24,661 nt of DNA from a virus. Lineage: Duplodnaviria > Caudoviricetes. Every line of letters begins with the position of its first letter. The stretch's first letter is position 1. A model generated the notes under the pieces. The model saw only the letters and a program-made list of their open reading frames with translations, was not told the DNA's origin and did no database searches. A program made the translations under genes and the position numbers. Below are positions 24,591 to 24,661 of the stretch, one piece after another. The stretch is from positions 1 through 24,661 of the IMG/VR virus record IMGVR_UViG_3300042988_001454, one strand, 5' to 3'.

Positions 24591-24661
24591 ATGCCTAAAT
24601 TTTCACCAAAAAAATAAAAAAGGTACTACTCCGCCGCTAAAGCTTCGAGGCTTTCATTTGT

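Noticed and set aside
24610-24661. cos / packaging site after the late terminator
   Set aside because: Position is plausible, but the window ends and no terminase gene or clear cos symmetry is visible.
1-24661. CRISPR array, IS element or rRNA
   Set aside because: No regularly spaced repeats, transposase motifs or rRNA-like sequence seen.

Overview
About 24.7 kb of a temperate, lambdoid-organised tailed phage, probably from a gammaproteobacterial host. It appears to be in the excised or circular state, because an unsplit attP lies between int and the xis-like gene and the tail genes run straight into the integration module. Left to right: (1) end of the late tail operon (+), with a 3TM holin and small AT-rich inserted genes; (2) a Bro-N antirepressor controlled by a complete C4-type antisense RNA unit (-); (3) two cargo genes behind a dusA-targeting tyrosine integrase, whose 3' end is duplicated with only synonymous differences; (4) attP carrying a replacement 5' end of dusA with a 28-bp perfect palindrome; (5) the leftward early operon (PrtN-like xis, DUF3102, DUF2303 plus partner, DUF3310); (6) an immunity region with PL/PR, five 15-bp operators, a peptidase-less repressor, cro, and a rex-position locus (exported protein, Pro-rich micropeptide, SLATT-like 2TM protein); (7) the rightward early operon (LuxR-type HTH, TOPRIM-SF2 helicase replication protein, Q antiterminator), ending at the late promoter and terminator. 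All family assignments are from recognised motifs; no database search was run.
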